The notes below the pieces were generated by a model. It saw only the letters and a program-made list of their open reading frames with translations, was not told the DNA's origin and made no database searches. Both the position numbers and the translations under genes were made by a program. Positions 46,200 through 55,853 of a stretch of 64,000 bases of DNA are shown piece after piece. Position 1 is the stretch's first letter; each line of letters begins with the position of its first letter. Source of the stretch: a virus; IMG/VR virus record IMGVR_UViG_3300027736_000020, positions 120,089 through 184,088 of that record. One strand, given 5' to 3'.

Positions 46200-46800
46200 T
46201 GAAAAAACGCCGAAAATATAATGTTGGAGTCTATTCAACCCCACTACCCCAAGAGACCAAACGATAGAATTCGCAGTCTATTCGACCCTCGGTGCGCAGC
46301 GTCTATTCGTTGTTTGCCTGCACCACGGATGTATCGAGGCACAGAGACGGATATACCACGAATGCTACGATTAACAGATACGGATATAGCACGAATGTAA
46401 CGGCTAACAGATACGGAACTACCACGGATGTAACGAATGTAACGGTATCAACGTACTTCCCCGCACCATCCATCACGTAACAAGACGCTGTATATGGATG
46501 AAAGAGAGAGAAAAAGAAACAAAAATCAGTCGGAATTCGTTCCTCGGCGGGCAGCGGGCAGTGCGATACGAGACGTACTTCTATGCATTAGACATAAATT
46601 TGTTGTTAAAGTTAGGCAAAAGACGGCCAGAACGTCGGAAAACACGGGGAAAACGCGGGATTTGGGGCATTTATGGGTTATATTATATATAAATTTATAT
46701 GTTGTGTATAGATTATGTGTTTTACGGGGGGTTCGGGGGGCAGAGCCCCCCGTTTCCACGGTATCCATGAAAAAAATCCTGGCCACCCCTACATTTCTGT
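46200..46800. other. Non-coding region with iteron-like repeats, AT-rich tract and GC hairpin (candidate origin or packaging site)
   Basis: GTCTATTC x3 (46229, 46276, 46301); about seven ACG(G/A)AT(G/A)..A units at 46323-46446; AT-rich 46668-46724; GGGGGGC-AGA-GCCCCCC. Confidence 0.45.
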
Positions 46801-46817
46801 AGAAGTGGCCGTTGTGA

Positions 46818-47075
46818 TTATTCGTCGTCTTCGAATTCGAGCATCATGTCAATGACGCGATAGCCACCTTCGATGGCATTTTCTTTCAATTGTTTTTCCC
46901 AGTTGAACAACAGGTCTTCTGCTTCATCTATTGTCATGTCTGGCTTGTCTTCATCATGGTCATTGTTGTAATGTTCCATGATGTCATTTGCGCACCAGAT
47001 TGCTGAGACAACAAGATTGTGTTTATCGGCAATTTCACGGATTTCCTTTGCTGCAAGTGCTTGTTCGTCAGTCAT
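46818..47075 (-). CDS. Small hypothetical protein (paralog family A)
   Basis: VSAIWCANDI...MTIDEAEDLL. Confidence 0.65.
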   Translation of the reverse strand: MTDEQALAAKEIREIADKHNLVVSAIWCANDIMEHYNNDHDEDKPDMTIDEAEDLLFNWEKQLKENAIEGGYRVIDMMLEFEDDE

Positions 47076-47346
47076 TGGACAATTCCTTCCGTGCTAATTC
47101 AAAGTATCGTCTTGCGCTAATCCAAAGAAATTCTTGAATATCTTCTTCGGCCGCAAGAAGAATTACCTGTGCTTGTTCAATGGTTACTGCTGTATTGTCC
47201 AGTGATGTTGCAAGTATTTGTTGCACATCTTCTGGCGTCCAGATAAGTGTGACAAACTTGTTCTTTTTTGCCCAATCGTGCATTTCCGCAGCAATGTCTT
47301 CTGCAGGAAGCGTAATGCCAATTTCTCCATCTTTGTATGGGGCCAT
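47068..47346 (-). CDS. Small hypothetical protein (paralog family A)
   Basis: MAPYKDGE; VTLIWTPEDV...VTIEQAQVIL. Confidence 0.65.
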   Translation of the reverse strand: MAPYKDGEIGITLPAEDIAAEMHDWAKKNKFVTLIWTPEDVQQILATSLDNTAVTIEQAQVILLAAEEDIQEFLWISARRYFELARKELSND

Positions 47347-47573
47347 TATTCCTTTCCTTTTTCTTTTTGTGCAGCAATCACGGTCAATCTTTCGATTTCC
47401 TGATACATTTCATCAACAATATCTTCGAAGTCTCCATTTTCTTCGCACTGTTCCATGATTCTTGCCAGTTGTTCTGTGGATTGTTTCAGATTGTATTTCT
47501 GACGCAACTCTGTAAGAGCATCCAAGTCCCAATACAATGCTTTTGCGTACTCTCCATCTTCGTATAATGCCAT
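47346..47573 (-). CDS. Small hypothetical protein (paralog family A)
   Basis: MALYEDGE; KALYWDLDAL. Confidence 0.65.
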   Translation of the reverse strand: MALYEDGEYAKALYWDLDALTELRQKYNLKQSTEQLARIMEQCEENGDFEDIVDEMYQEIERLTVIAAQKEKGKE

Positions 47574-47592
47574 TAAATTATTCCTTCTGGTT

Positions 47593-48138
47593 CTAGGATT
47601 CGCTGTCTATGCCAAATTCTTCTTGAATCCATTCAGGCGCTTCAGATGTGTCCCATTCATCTTCGTCATTACTGCTCAGGATTCCGCAAAAGCCAATCCC
47701 GCCTTCGTAGTACGTGAGAATGAACTCGGCATCATGCTCATGAATCTTTTGTATGGCTTCGCGCGGTGGCCCCCACGCACTATCAAAAGATAGTTTGAGC
47801 AAATACTTAAAATCCTTGCCGATATCAGTATTTTCCGATACAGCATAGTCGTTAGACTCAAAAGCCTTTGAATCTTCTGCGCCAACGTCCCATTTGGTAC
47901 CCCAATTTCCGTTTGTCCAAGAGAACCAATCGCGGCTTCCGTACAGGGCAATGTTGTGTTGTTCTAGCCTTTCCTGTTCTTTTTCTGAAAGTGAATCAAA
48001 TCCTTGATTCTTGAGATCCTCAGGCATTGGAACAAGATAGTCAAGCAATCTGTCTTCACAAAATGCCTTTCGAAATTCTTCCAACTTTTCTTTGTTATCG
48101 GAGTAGACTGATAGATTGTTGTAGCACCAGTTAGGCAT
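47593..48138 (-). CDS. DUF1281/YubB-like ferredoxin-fold protein
   Basis: MPNWCYN, NWGTKWD, FDSAWGPP, YYEGGIGFCG. Confidence 0.8.
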   Translation of the reverse strand: MPNWCYNNLSVYSDNKEKLEEFRKAFCEDRLLDYLVPMPEDLKNQGFDSLSEKEQERLEQHNIALYGSRDWFSWTNGNWGTKWDVGAEDSKAFESNDYAVSENTDIGKDFKYLLKLSFDSAWGPPREAIQKIHEHDAEFILTYYEGGIGFCGILSSNDEDEWDTSEAPEWIQEEFGIDSES

Positions 48139-48189
48139 TATTGTTCTTTCGTAGACAGTGTGGGGCGCATTGCTACGCCCCACGAGATG

Positions 48190-48726
48190 TTATTTCCAGA
48201 GTGTTTCCATGATGTTACAGGTGCAACTGTCGTTCAACCATCCATCATCTGGAGTGTTTCCTCCGTATGGTACAACCCTGATCCAGTGTACATGCTTGTT
48301 TGCTGGTATGTTGTTGTCATCTTGAAACTCAATGGTAAAATCTTCGTCAACGGCCATGTACATAGCAACTAGTTGGTTCCATGCTTCACGAGGTGACTTT
48401 GTCCATTCGTGATACGCAAAATTCTGATCAGGCAATGTATCTGAATCTGGATCTGGAATACGAATTTTCATGCCAATTTTTGCAGCAATGTTAAGCAATG
48501 CTGTTACTTCATTTGGCTCAGTGATGGAAACCCCATCAGCCATTACTACGTTTCCCTTGTGCATGGTAACGATTGGCTTGAGGATGCTGTCTGCGTATGT
48601 TTCTGCATTGATCAAGATGCCAATGTCTTCCTTGTCCATATCTTTTTCCTTTACATACAATCGGAATAACAATGTCATTTGGTTGAGTCGTTCAAGTGCT
48701 TCATCAATGGTTTTCATGTCAGTCAA
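48190..48726 (-). CDS. Hypothetical protein
   Basis: ORF track. Confidence 0.65.
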   Translation of the reverse strand: MTDMKTIDEALERLNQMTLLFRLYVKEKDMDKEDIGILINAETYADSILKPIVTMHKGNVVMADGVSITEPNEVTALLNIAAKIGMKIRIPDPDSDTLPDQNFAYHEWTKSPREAWNQLVAMYMAVDEDFTIEFQDDNNIPANKHVHWIRVVPYGGNTPDDGWLNDSCTCNIMETLWK

Positions 48727-49021
48727 AATCCGATGCTGTCCACTCGATATCCGGTGAACTGTTCATGACGATGTATCGTGGGGAGTATCCATCGATGTGA
48801 TCCCATTCGTCAGGATGTCCTCCATCATCATTGTCCTCGTTGTCATCGTCGTTGTCGTCATCATTATCATCATGAAAAGCAACGTCGTTTCTTTTCAGGA
48901 AATCTTTTGCCATTTGAAGAAGTTCTTGATCAAATTCTTTGTTTCTTTGAAACTCTTCGATAAACATTGCCAGCAAACCCATTGCGCGTTCTTCGTTTGT
49001 ATATTTTTTATTGGGAGACAT
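48719..49021 (-). CDS. Acidic hypothetical protein
   Basis: AAAGGA RBS; poly-D/N tract. Confidence 0.6.
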   Translation of the reverse strand: MSPNKKYTNEERAMGLLAMFIEEFQRNKEFDQELLQMAKDFLKRNDVAFHDDNDDDNDDDNEDNDDGGHPDEWDHIDGYSPRYIVMNSSPDIEWTASDFD

Positions 49022-49042
49022 GGTATTTCCTTTTTGAATGGT

Positions 49043-49190
49043 GCCCTACGGGTAAGGGGGTTACCCGTAGGGCGGCGGGAAATCGCATTATGCATATCAA
49101 TCACTACAGGTGCAGAGATATGCATGATGCTAGCCTGTCACTACATACCACAAGGCTATGGCATGATTGGCGGGGGAAGCGCCTGTGACA
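49043..49190. other. Intergenic cluster of three hairpins
   Basis: GCCCTACGGGTAA/TTACCCGTAGGGC (13 bp perfect); GCATTATGCATATC/GATATGCATGATGC; TGTCAC/GTGACA. Confidence 0.6.
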
Positions 49191-49205
49191 GATTTCTAAG
49201 AGTGC

Positions 49206-49580
49206 TTACCACCAACTCCAGTAATACACTCGATAGTCATCATTGATTGCTTGTCGCGCAATTTCAATGAATTCCTTGTTTTCGTTTTTGTGCCGTGCAT
49301 CTGATTTGCCAAAAAAGAATCCTTTCGTTTCCGGAAGTGTTTCACCCTCGTTTTGATATTCGAGGTCAGTCAAATCGTCAAGCGTAAGTTCCAGATATAC
49401 AGTATTGAAATGCATGTCAGGATTATCCACAAGCATGTCTTCATTGCGTTGTTTCCACAACTGTTCTAGCCAGCCATGCAGATTTGGATTCTTGCGCCAG
49501 TAAAATATTTCTTCAATGTTTTCTGGAGTAAATTCCTCAATAGAAGCCTTGGATTTGTATGCGTATTGGTCAAGACCCAT
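49206..49580 (-). CDS. Conserved phage hypothetical protein
   Basis: MGLDQY, YWRK...LHGW, LPETKGFFFG, VYYWSWW. Confidence 0.75.
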   Translation of the reverse strand: MGLDQYAYKSKASIEEFTPENIEEIFYWRKNPNLHGWLEQLWKQRNEDMLVDNPDMHFNTVYLELTLDDLTDLEYQNEGETLPETKGFFFGKSDARHKNENKEFIEIARQAINDDYRVYYWSWW

Positions 49581-49869
49581 TTTCTTTTTCCTCTCTTTCC
49601 TGCAATTTTTGTGTGTAATCACCCATGAGCAGCAGGTCATTACGCTCAAGATCACTATTGAGTGATTTCGTTTCCCAGATGAGTTCCTGAAGTTCCTCGT
49701 TGTAGTCAAACTCATCATTGTCCGCAGACAACTCGTCGATCATTGCAAAGTCTGCTACAAGGTTCAGAATCTTGTTCAGCAGCATCAATGCGTCTGTATC
49801 TTCCTGAAGATATTTTTCACAAAGAAGTACCACTGCTGGGTGATGTCGATCCAGATCATGTGCTTCCAT
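49570..49869 (-). CDS. Hypothetical protein
   Basis: ORF track; coupled to neighbours. Confidence 0.6.
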   Translation of the reverse strand: MEAHDLDRHHPAVVLLCEKYLQEDTDALMLLNKILNLVADFAMIDELSADNDEFDYNEELQELIWETKSLNSDLERNDLLLMGDYTQKLQEREEKENGS

Positions 49870-50231
49870 TATTGTATCCTTGTAATTCTGCAGTTATTTA
49901 CACACCATCCGTGCGTGTCACTGAGTTGATTGATGATGTCCTCAATGATATCTTCGTATTCTCGCTCATTACTCAATGAAACATTGAGTGGAGGATTTGT
50001 GTCATATTTGTCATCAATTTCAATTGTCAGAGTTTTTGGCAAGTCACTAAAATGATGACACGAACAACATTCTGGCTCGTCACCATCATCATTTGTTGTG
50101 TCCCAATCAATTTCTGTTACCTTGAATAACATTTTTTGTGTGCTTCTTTCCTTGTAGACTGCATGGAAGAGCGGCGAGGTTTTATGCCTCACCGCCGCAA
50201 TTGCCATGCTAAGGAGTTCTCTTTTGTTCAT
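49869..50231 (-). CDS. Hypothetical protein
   Basis: FKVTEIDWDT...LPKTLTIEI...LSDTHGWCV. Confidence 0.6.
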   Translation of the reverse strand: MNKRELLSMAIAAVRHKTSPLFHAVYKERSTQKMLFKVTEIDWDTTNDDGDEPECCSCHHFSDLPKTLTIEIDDKYDTNPPLNVSLSNEREYEDIIEDIINQLSDTHGWCVNNCRITRIQ

Positions 50232-50530
50232 TGATCCTTGTTCTGTTCTGTTTCAAACACTACAGGAATCTTGTCCACAATGAATTCCATTGGTTTGGCA
50301 TTTTCATCTGCAGCAAGTTCAAGCAGTTTATCGCTCATGGTATTGAGTGCCATGTGATATGCAAGGAATACTGCCATTCTTGCTCCACCTTTGGCTGGCA
50401 CTGCACTTGCAAGTTGTGTCACGTATTCGTACATCTTGGGAAGTGTTTCCCGGCTTGAGAACAAGTCGTTACGAACAAGGTGTGCAAGCCTGCGTACTTC
50501 TGCCAGTTTTTCTTCATGAGACTTTTGCAA
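50228..50530 (-). CDS. Hypothetical protein
   Basis: ORF track. Confidence 0.6.
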   Translation of the reverse strand: MQKSHEEKLAEVRRLAHLVRNDLFSSRETLPKMYEYVTQLASAVPAKGGARMAVFLAYHMALNTMSDKLLELAADENAKPMEFIVDKIPVVFETEQNKDQ

Positions 50531-50708
50531 TGATGTTATCCTTCATGGTGACTGTTGCAAACCATTTGCGTTGTGGACTACCATCTGCGACGTTGAATGT
50601 GCCGTTGGATTTGTATTCTTCTCCAAAGAATGATGTTTCCTTGTAGAACAATGACTTGCCAACTTGTTCCTTGAGTTCTTTCTTGGTTTTGTAAAATACC
50701 TGAATCAT
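50514..50708 (-). CDS. Small conserved phage hypothetical protein
   Basis: YKTKKELKEQVG..L.YKETSFFG.EY...RKWFATVTM. Confidence 0.65.
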   Translation of the reverse strand: MIQVFYKTKKELKEQVGKSLFYKETSFFGEEYKSNGTFNVADGSPQRKWFATVTMKDNIIAKVS

Positions 50709-50709
50709 G

Positions 50710-51330
50710 TTATTCCCCTGTGTCTGATTGCCATTGGATGTATTGTGCTTCTAGCATGGCACCTGCATATGTGTCGTTGTGATCAATTGGCCGATTTGCC
50801 CTTTCCATTTGGCTTTGACTGTCCATGTTGCTTCCGTTGTACTCTATTCCATATGACACACCATCCTTGCTTGTCCATGCAATCGTACATGTTTTTACAT
50901 AGTATTCAAATCCCATGTTTTCATGCACATTTTCTTGCACGTCCAGTATGTTGTCCTGATTTTCCTGAAAGATCCACATGACGCGGTCATCACCAGTCCC
51001 GTTGATGTTTACCAAGTGAATTTCAAGCATGTTCTTGATAAGTTGATTTCTTTTTGGATCGTTGTATGTTGACAGTGCATGTGCGCCTTGGTTTTCTATT
51101 GTTTGCACAAGACGTTGTGCGTGCTTCTGGATATCCTTGAGTTCTACGTCCTGATCGTAGAACCTGTGCGTTATTCCGTATCCCTTGGTATATGGATCCA
51201 TGCCGGTGTTGTTGCATTCCTCAAGATATGCCAAATCTGCTGCAATGTTCATGCCTTCATCAAGCAAGCGTATTGCCTTGTTGTTTCCGGCGAGATATTG
51301 GGCGCAAAGATATTTCATCAACGCTGACAT
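50710..51330 (-). CDS. Hypothetical protein
   Basis: Start moved to MSALMK (AAAGGA RBS). Confidence 0.6.
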   Translation of the reverse strand: MSALMKYLCAQYLAGNNKAIRLLDEGMNIAADLAYLEECNNTGMDPYTKGYGITHRFYDQDVELKDIQKHAQRLVQTIENQGAHALSTYNDPKRNQLIKNMLEIHLVNINGTGDDRVMWIFQENQDNILDVQENVHENMGFEYYVKTCTIAWTSKDGVSYGIEYNGSNMDSQSQMERANRPIDHNDTYAGAMLEAQYIQWQSDTGE

Positions 51331-51382
51331 CTTCGTTCCTTTTGTATTGGCAGGAGAGTATTTCATCCCCTGCCCGACAAGA

Positions 51383-51787
51383 TTACACGTTTAGTCGTGT
51401 GTATACAGGAGTTGTGCTTTGTACTTTCTTGAATAGTTCTGCAGTTGCCTTGATCTGGAAATGAGTCATCTTGATGACATGCGCGTTTGCTTTATCTGTT
51501 GCGTCAATCCTGAGAAGCAATTCCTGCATTTGTTCGACACAGTGCGTGAGGGTTGTCATGCTATGTCCTAAGATTCCGTTTATTCCGTATGGTTCTGTAA
51601 CACGCAAATCCCAGTACTCACGATCTTCTGTCCATTCCATGGCATTCCTTACCCACACTGCCATGTACTGCTTGGCTGATTCCGCTGCGGTATCATAGTC
51701 TTTGTCCCACACTGGAATGTACATTTCTGTTGGTGTGACTGTGGTGATTCCGTCGCGCCACTTGATGTTGTATACCCTAAATAACAT
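51383..51787 (-). CDS. Hypothetical protein
   Basis: ORF track. Confidence 0.6.
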   Translation of the reverse strand: MLFRVYNIKWRDGITTVTPTEMYIPVWDKDYDTAAESAKQYMAVWVRNAMEWTEDREYWDLRVTEPYGINGILGHSMTTLTHCVEQMQELLLRIDATDKANAHVIKMTHFQIKATAELFKKVQSTTPVYTRLNV

Positions 51788-51788
51788 C

Positions 51789-52373
51789 TCAGTTGTCCTT
51801 TGGTGTGCCGAACATGCTTACGATGACAGATTCTCCGGGATTGATGAGTACGTTCTTGTTTTTTAGCATCTCCCTTATTTCGCTGAATCCATCATTCATG
51901 GTGTTTCGTACATCTTGCACTTGCAAACCCAGATCTTCGACTTCGCTTTGCACGTTATTGATTGCATCTTCGCTGGAGCAAGTGATGTCGTGATGATCAA
52001 GATCAATGCTGATTTCATCAAAATGTCCGCGCAAGATTTCAATGATTTCAGTCTTGCTTGCCATTTCTGATTGCTTGCTCGACTGTGGCACTACATCATT
52101 GCCGTTGACAATTGCATCATGGATTTCATAGATGCTGACGGTCAGACGCTCGATCTTGTCATCCACCCTGTTGAATCGTGTTGCAAGAAGGCTCCACATG
52201 TCTTCCTGCTTCTTGGTCAGGGTATCCATTTTCTCCAGCATTTCCTTGTCATGTCGCGTTTGACGGGAATGCGCAGTGCTTTCGTCAATGCCGTTGTCCC
52301 TGACCATATACCATGTGTCACGTACGTATGATGGAATATGCGCAATGTCTTTGAGTGTTTTGGCAATGTTCAT
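51789..52373 (-). CDS. Coiled-coil hypothetical protein
   Basis: ORF track. Confidence 0.6.
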   Translation of the reverse strand: MNIAKTLKDIAHIPSYVRDTWYMVRDNGIDESTAHSRQTRHDKEMLEKMDTLTKKQEDMWSLLATRFNRVDDKIERLTVSIYEIHDAIVNGNDVVPQSSKQSEMASKTEIIEILRGHFDEISIDLDHHDITCSSEDAINNVQSEVEDLGLQVQDVRNTMNDGFSEIREMLKNKNVLINPGESVIVSMFGTPKDN

Positions 52374-52735
52374 AGTGTGTCTCTTTCAAGATCCGCTGCT
52401 GAGATTCTTGCTTCCATCTCGTCCATTTCGTACCTGTTGTCGTACGAATCCCAGTCTTCTTCTTCTTCTGCTGTCCTTTCTTGCAATACAATATGCACGA
52501 GCACATCCTGCATTGCCTGACGCCTTGCGCTCAATGTGCTGTTGTCCAGATTGATTTGCTGTTCCTTGATGTCGTATCTTTCTGCCAGTATTCTCCGTTC
52601 TCTCATGGCATCAATTTCGTCAAGATATGCATTGTTGTTGCCAATGTCTTCGCTTGCTTTTGCGATTTCATCCTTGAGAAAGTTCTTGAGTGTTTCTATT
52701 GAGACGATGCTCATGGTTGTTTCCTGTGGGGGCAA
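52370..52735 (-). CDS. Coiled-coil hypothetical protein
   Basis: ORF track. Confidence 0.6.
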   Translation of the reverse strand: MPPQETTMSIVSIETLKNFLKDEIAKASEDIGNNNAYLDEIDAMRERRILAERYDIKEQQINLDNSTLSARRQAMQDVLVHIVLQERTAEEEEDWDSYDNRYEMDEMEARISAADLERDTL

Positions 52736-52762
52736 GACATTGCTGTCCTGCCCCTGTTGTTG

Positions 52763-53065
52763 TTACTTCTTGATTGCGACAGTCTTTTTTGCTTCGTTGA
52801 CGATTTTTGCAGTCTTTCGTGGCCCTCGCACGTTGACAATGCGGAACACTACGGCAGTCTTGGTTGCTCCGATTCGGAAGATCTTGATTCCCAGTTCCTT
52901 GGCACTTGCATTGAGTACTCGCATTACCTGACGGCTGGTTTCGTTCTCTTCCATCTCCAGATTGATTCTTGCTCCAGTTGGCTGTGAGGCAAGGAAGTTC
53001 TTGGCTTCGGTGAGATCTACGGTGCTGCCGGTCTTGGTAACGATTGCGGTAGTAAACTTAGGCAT
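52763..53065 (-). CDS. Small basic hypothetical protein
   Basis: K/R-rich; GGGAAAG upstream. Confidence 0.6.
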   Translation of the reverse strand: MPKFTTAIVTKTGSTVDLTEAKNFLASQPTGARINLEMEENETSRQVMRVLNASAKELGIKIFRIGATKTAVVFRIVNVRGPRKTAKIVNEAKKTVAIKK

Positions 53066-53139
53066 TTCTTTCCCTTTCTTGTGTTTTGCGATTGCTTTGT
53101 TGTTGTGTTTTATTTTTTTACATTGGAGTTTCCATCTTT

Positions 53140-53817
53140 CTAGTACTGTTCGTCCATGTACTGGCCCGGCTCCACGTCTTCAATCCACACTGCGTATCCT
53201 GCGCCTTTGTCACCCCACGTCACTTCATAGCGTTTTGGGTGGATTTCAGTAACGATTGAGTCGTGAATGATATTTGGATCGTTGGGCGTATCAGATACTT
53301 GATCTTGATCTTCGATGGCTATCTTCTTGATCAGATCGTAGTATTTCTGTGCTTCCTCTTCGGATTCAAACCACATGCTTTCATCGGGAAGCCTGCCCGG
53401 AAATCCAGTGTGCACTGCATGCGTGATTTCCAGTCTTTTCCATAGTGGAAATTCACGTTCTGCAATATCGTCAATGTAGTGCAATGCAATCTCATGCCAA
53501 TTTACGCGGTCTATGACATTGACAAGAAAATCCTTTTTCAGTGCGTTCCGTTCTTTCTCTACTCCAAAAAGTTCACTAATTTCTTCCTTGGCGTAGTCTG
53601 CAACGCGATCAAGCAGTTCTTTTACTGCCTTTTTTTCTGTTTGGTAATCTGCTGCGTTTTTCTGTATTTCCTTCCATGCTTGCTTTGTGTAGTCATCAAA
53701 CATGCTTCCGTCATCATGCGCGTTGAACAGCCATGTCTCGTATGTTGACCACCCGTTGTATGGCCTGTCTGTGCTTTCCACTGGTGAGTAGCCAAGGACT
53801 TTTTCTACGTATCCCAT
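53140..53817 (-). CDS. Conserved phage hypothetical protein (family B)
   Basis: YNGWSTYETW; IDRVNWHEIALHY. Confidence 0.7.
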   Translation of the reverse strand: MGYVEKVLGYSPVESTDRPYNGWSTYETWLFNAHDDGSMFDDYTKQAWKEIQKNAADYQTEKKAVKELLDRVADYAKEEISELFGVEKERNALKKDFLVNVIDRVNWHEIALHYIDDIAEREFPLWKRLEITHAVHTGFPGRLPDESMWFESEEEAQKYYDLIKKIAIEDQDQVSDTPNDPNIIHDSIVTEIHPKRYEVTWGDKGAGYAVWIEDVEPGQYMDEQY

Positions 53818-54053
53818 TAGTCTTCCCTTTTTGGATTCATGACTTCGTGAATATGTTTGTTTATTGCTTCGTCAAGAGCCGTTCCAATGTTTTCGTAAAA
53901 CCAATCACTTATGTCTTGTTCTATTAGAGACAATAACATTTCAGCATCAGTTTCAGTAACATATTTATGATCATATTCAGTAATACGATCAAGAATCATT
54001 TCAACATCGACATTCAACAATATGTCTTCAGCAAAAATCTTTTTAGACATCAT
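53817..54053 (-). CDS. Small hypothetical protein (family A-like)
   Basis: VTETDAEMLLSLIE. Confidence 0.55.
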   Translation of the reverse strand: MMSKKIFAEDILLNVDVEMILDRITEYDHKYVTETDAEMLLSLIEQDISDWFYENIGTALDEAINKHIHEVMNPKRED

Positions 54054-54152
54054 GCATTTCTTTGATCATTCTATTTGCGATTTTTTGCACTTTGCAGTGC
54101 CCAGACAACAATGAGTGCGATAATCCATATTACTGCTTTTTCTGGATCCATT

Positions 54153-54911
54153 TCAGTGTTCGATGTAGTATTTGCTTGTTTGTGGCTGATCCCAGCATGC
54201 AGTACACACATCGCACATGTTTTCCGTTGTTGACGATGGACATATGATGTCGTTGTTCAGATTTTTCAGGGCATCTTCTTTTCCTATTACTCCGGTTCCT
54301 GCAGCAAATCCGGGAATATTGATGATATTTCCTGAGCCTTTTTCGCGTGCTGATGGGCGCAGGCTGACGTTTGGCAGTTTGGCAAAGTCTAATAAATGCG
54401 GCAATAGTTTATATAAATAGTCTTGTGCGTTAGCATTTGCCCCTTCTGGATATGATGATGTTGGTGCCCAGAATCGTACAGTACTGAACTCTGTTGCCAG
54501 CATGATCCATGATTCAATATACATTTCGGTATTGAAGTCACCTGAATCGTGTACTCTGAAGTATGGAACGTTTCTTTTTACGGTTGCCCACTCGATTGCC
54601 GACATCATTGTTGACAGCCAGTTGGCGTATTCGATGATTGCGCCTCGTCGGTGAGACTTTCGAGTCCAGAATGTGCGTATTTTCTGTGCATTCACGACAT
54701 TTTGATACAGATATGAATGCTTCATCGCATAGCAGTCTGCACATTTATGATTTTCTTTTGTCGTGGCACCCGGACACGTTTTTCCTGCAGTCAATCCAAA
54801 ACTGTATATTTGCGTGAGTTTTTCTGGTTTGCTTGCCAGTCGTATGCGCATCTTGGATGGTTTTGTCAGGATTGCTGTTGTTGTGTCCGGTATTGTTGGA
54901 TATGTTGCCAT
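54153..54911 (-). CDS. Phage Gp88-like Cys-containing protein
   Basis: SFGLTAGKTCPGA...CADCYAMK, YFRVHDSGDF, VRFWAPT, C-terminal CPSS..CDVCTACW. Confidence 0.7.
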   Translation of the reverse strand: MATYPTIPDTTTAILTKPSKMRIRLASKPEKLTQIYSFGLTAGKTCPGATTKENHKCADCYAMKHSYLYQNVVNAQKIRTFWTRKSHRRGAIIEYANWLSTMMSAIEWATVKRNVPYFRVHDSGDFNTEMYIESWIMLATEFSTVRFWAPTSSYPEGANANAQDYLYKLLPHLLDFAKLPNVSLRPSAREKGSGNIINIPGFAAGTGVIGKEDALKNLNNDIICPSSTTENMCDVCTACWDQPQTSKYYIEH

Positions 54912-54981
54912 TTGCTTGCCTTTTCCTTTTCTTGGGGTTATTTTTCCGCCTATTCCTTTCGTTTGAGATGTATTCGGTCTT

Positions 54982-55026
54982 CAACAAGGCACATGCGGGA
55001 GCATGTGCATCCCCGCGAAGCGCTGA
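54982..55026 (-). repeat. Conserved 45-bp leader element B, copy 1
   Basis: caacaagGCACATGC-ggga-GCATGTGCatccccGCGAAGCgctga on +; upstream of 54911. Confidence 0.9.
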
Positions 55027-55123
55027 CACAGGGAACAGGAGAAAACGCGCGGAATGCAGTCGGCAGCGGCACACTCCCGGGGTGGGCGGGGGATGGATGC
55101 ATTTCCTATCCCCCGCCGCGCAG

Positions 55124-55453
55124 TTATCCTGTCCTTGATTGTTCCAGCAGTGCTAGTGCTACGGTGTCGAAGTCTGTCATGGTAAACACATTGAGCAGTA
55201 GATTTTGCAGAAGCGGGTCGTCCATGTGTGTTACGTCGTCGCGTAGTTGCGATTCGATTTGTGCGCTTGTCCTGCTTATCTGATCGCTGATATTGTCGAA
55301 CATCATTGCGTCCTTGATGAGCATGCGACAGTATTCCGGATATCTCTTTTCAAGGTTGTACAGGATGGTTTTCTCGAACGTGGTGTTTGTTGTCTTGCCA
55401 ATCTTCTTGTTGCTGATCAGTTCGACCATCTCGTCACTTGTTATGCTTTTCAT
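55124..55453 (-). CDS. Hypothetical protein (family B)
   Basis: C-terminus FTMTDFDTVALALL. Confidence 0.6.
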   Translation of the reverse strand: MKSITSDEMVELISNKKIGKTTNTTFEKTILYNLEKRYPEYCRMLIKDAMMFDNISDQISRTSAQIESQLRDDVTHMDDPLLQNLLLNVFTMTDFDTVALALLEQSRTG

Positions 55454-55853
55454 AGTATTTCACGAGTTCCTTTGCGAGTGATTCCCACCCGATATTCTGG
55501 AATGCGCGTTCTGCCATGTTTGCCAATAGCATTTCGCGCTCAAGAAGCACTTTCTCATCTTGGTTGTCTGCTTCCAGTCGAGAGTTCTCGATGGATTCCG
55601 TGAATGGAACAACAATCCTTGTTGTTGCATACTTTGACAACTTTGATGACAGGTAATGCACCGTGTGATTGTTGTACTCTTGTGCGCTGGACGCGAAGTT
55701 GGTTGCTTCGCGTTGCGCTTCCTTGAACAACATCTTGATGTCATTCCTGATTGACTCTGCTGGCAGTGTCTTGTCGGTTGCGTACTTGTACAGGATTCTC
55801 GTCTCTCGTGTTGCATCCTTGATCGAATATTCGCGGTTCATTAGATACTCCAA
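55434..55853 (-). CDS. Hypothetical protein (family B)
   Basis: C-terminus AFQNIGWESLAKELV. Confidence 0.6.
   Translation of the reverse strand: MEYLMNREYSIKDATRETRILYKYATDKTLPAESIRNDIKMLFKEAQREATNFASSAQEYNNHTVHYLSSKLSKYATTRIVVPFTESIENSRLEADNQDEKVLLEREMLLANMAERAFQNIGWESLAKELVKYYEKHNK

Noticed and set aside
46292-46802. ORFs 46292..46480 and 46494..46802
   Set aside because: They derive from short DNA repeats and skewed composition, lie opposite to all neighbours and have no clear RBS
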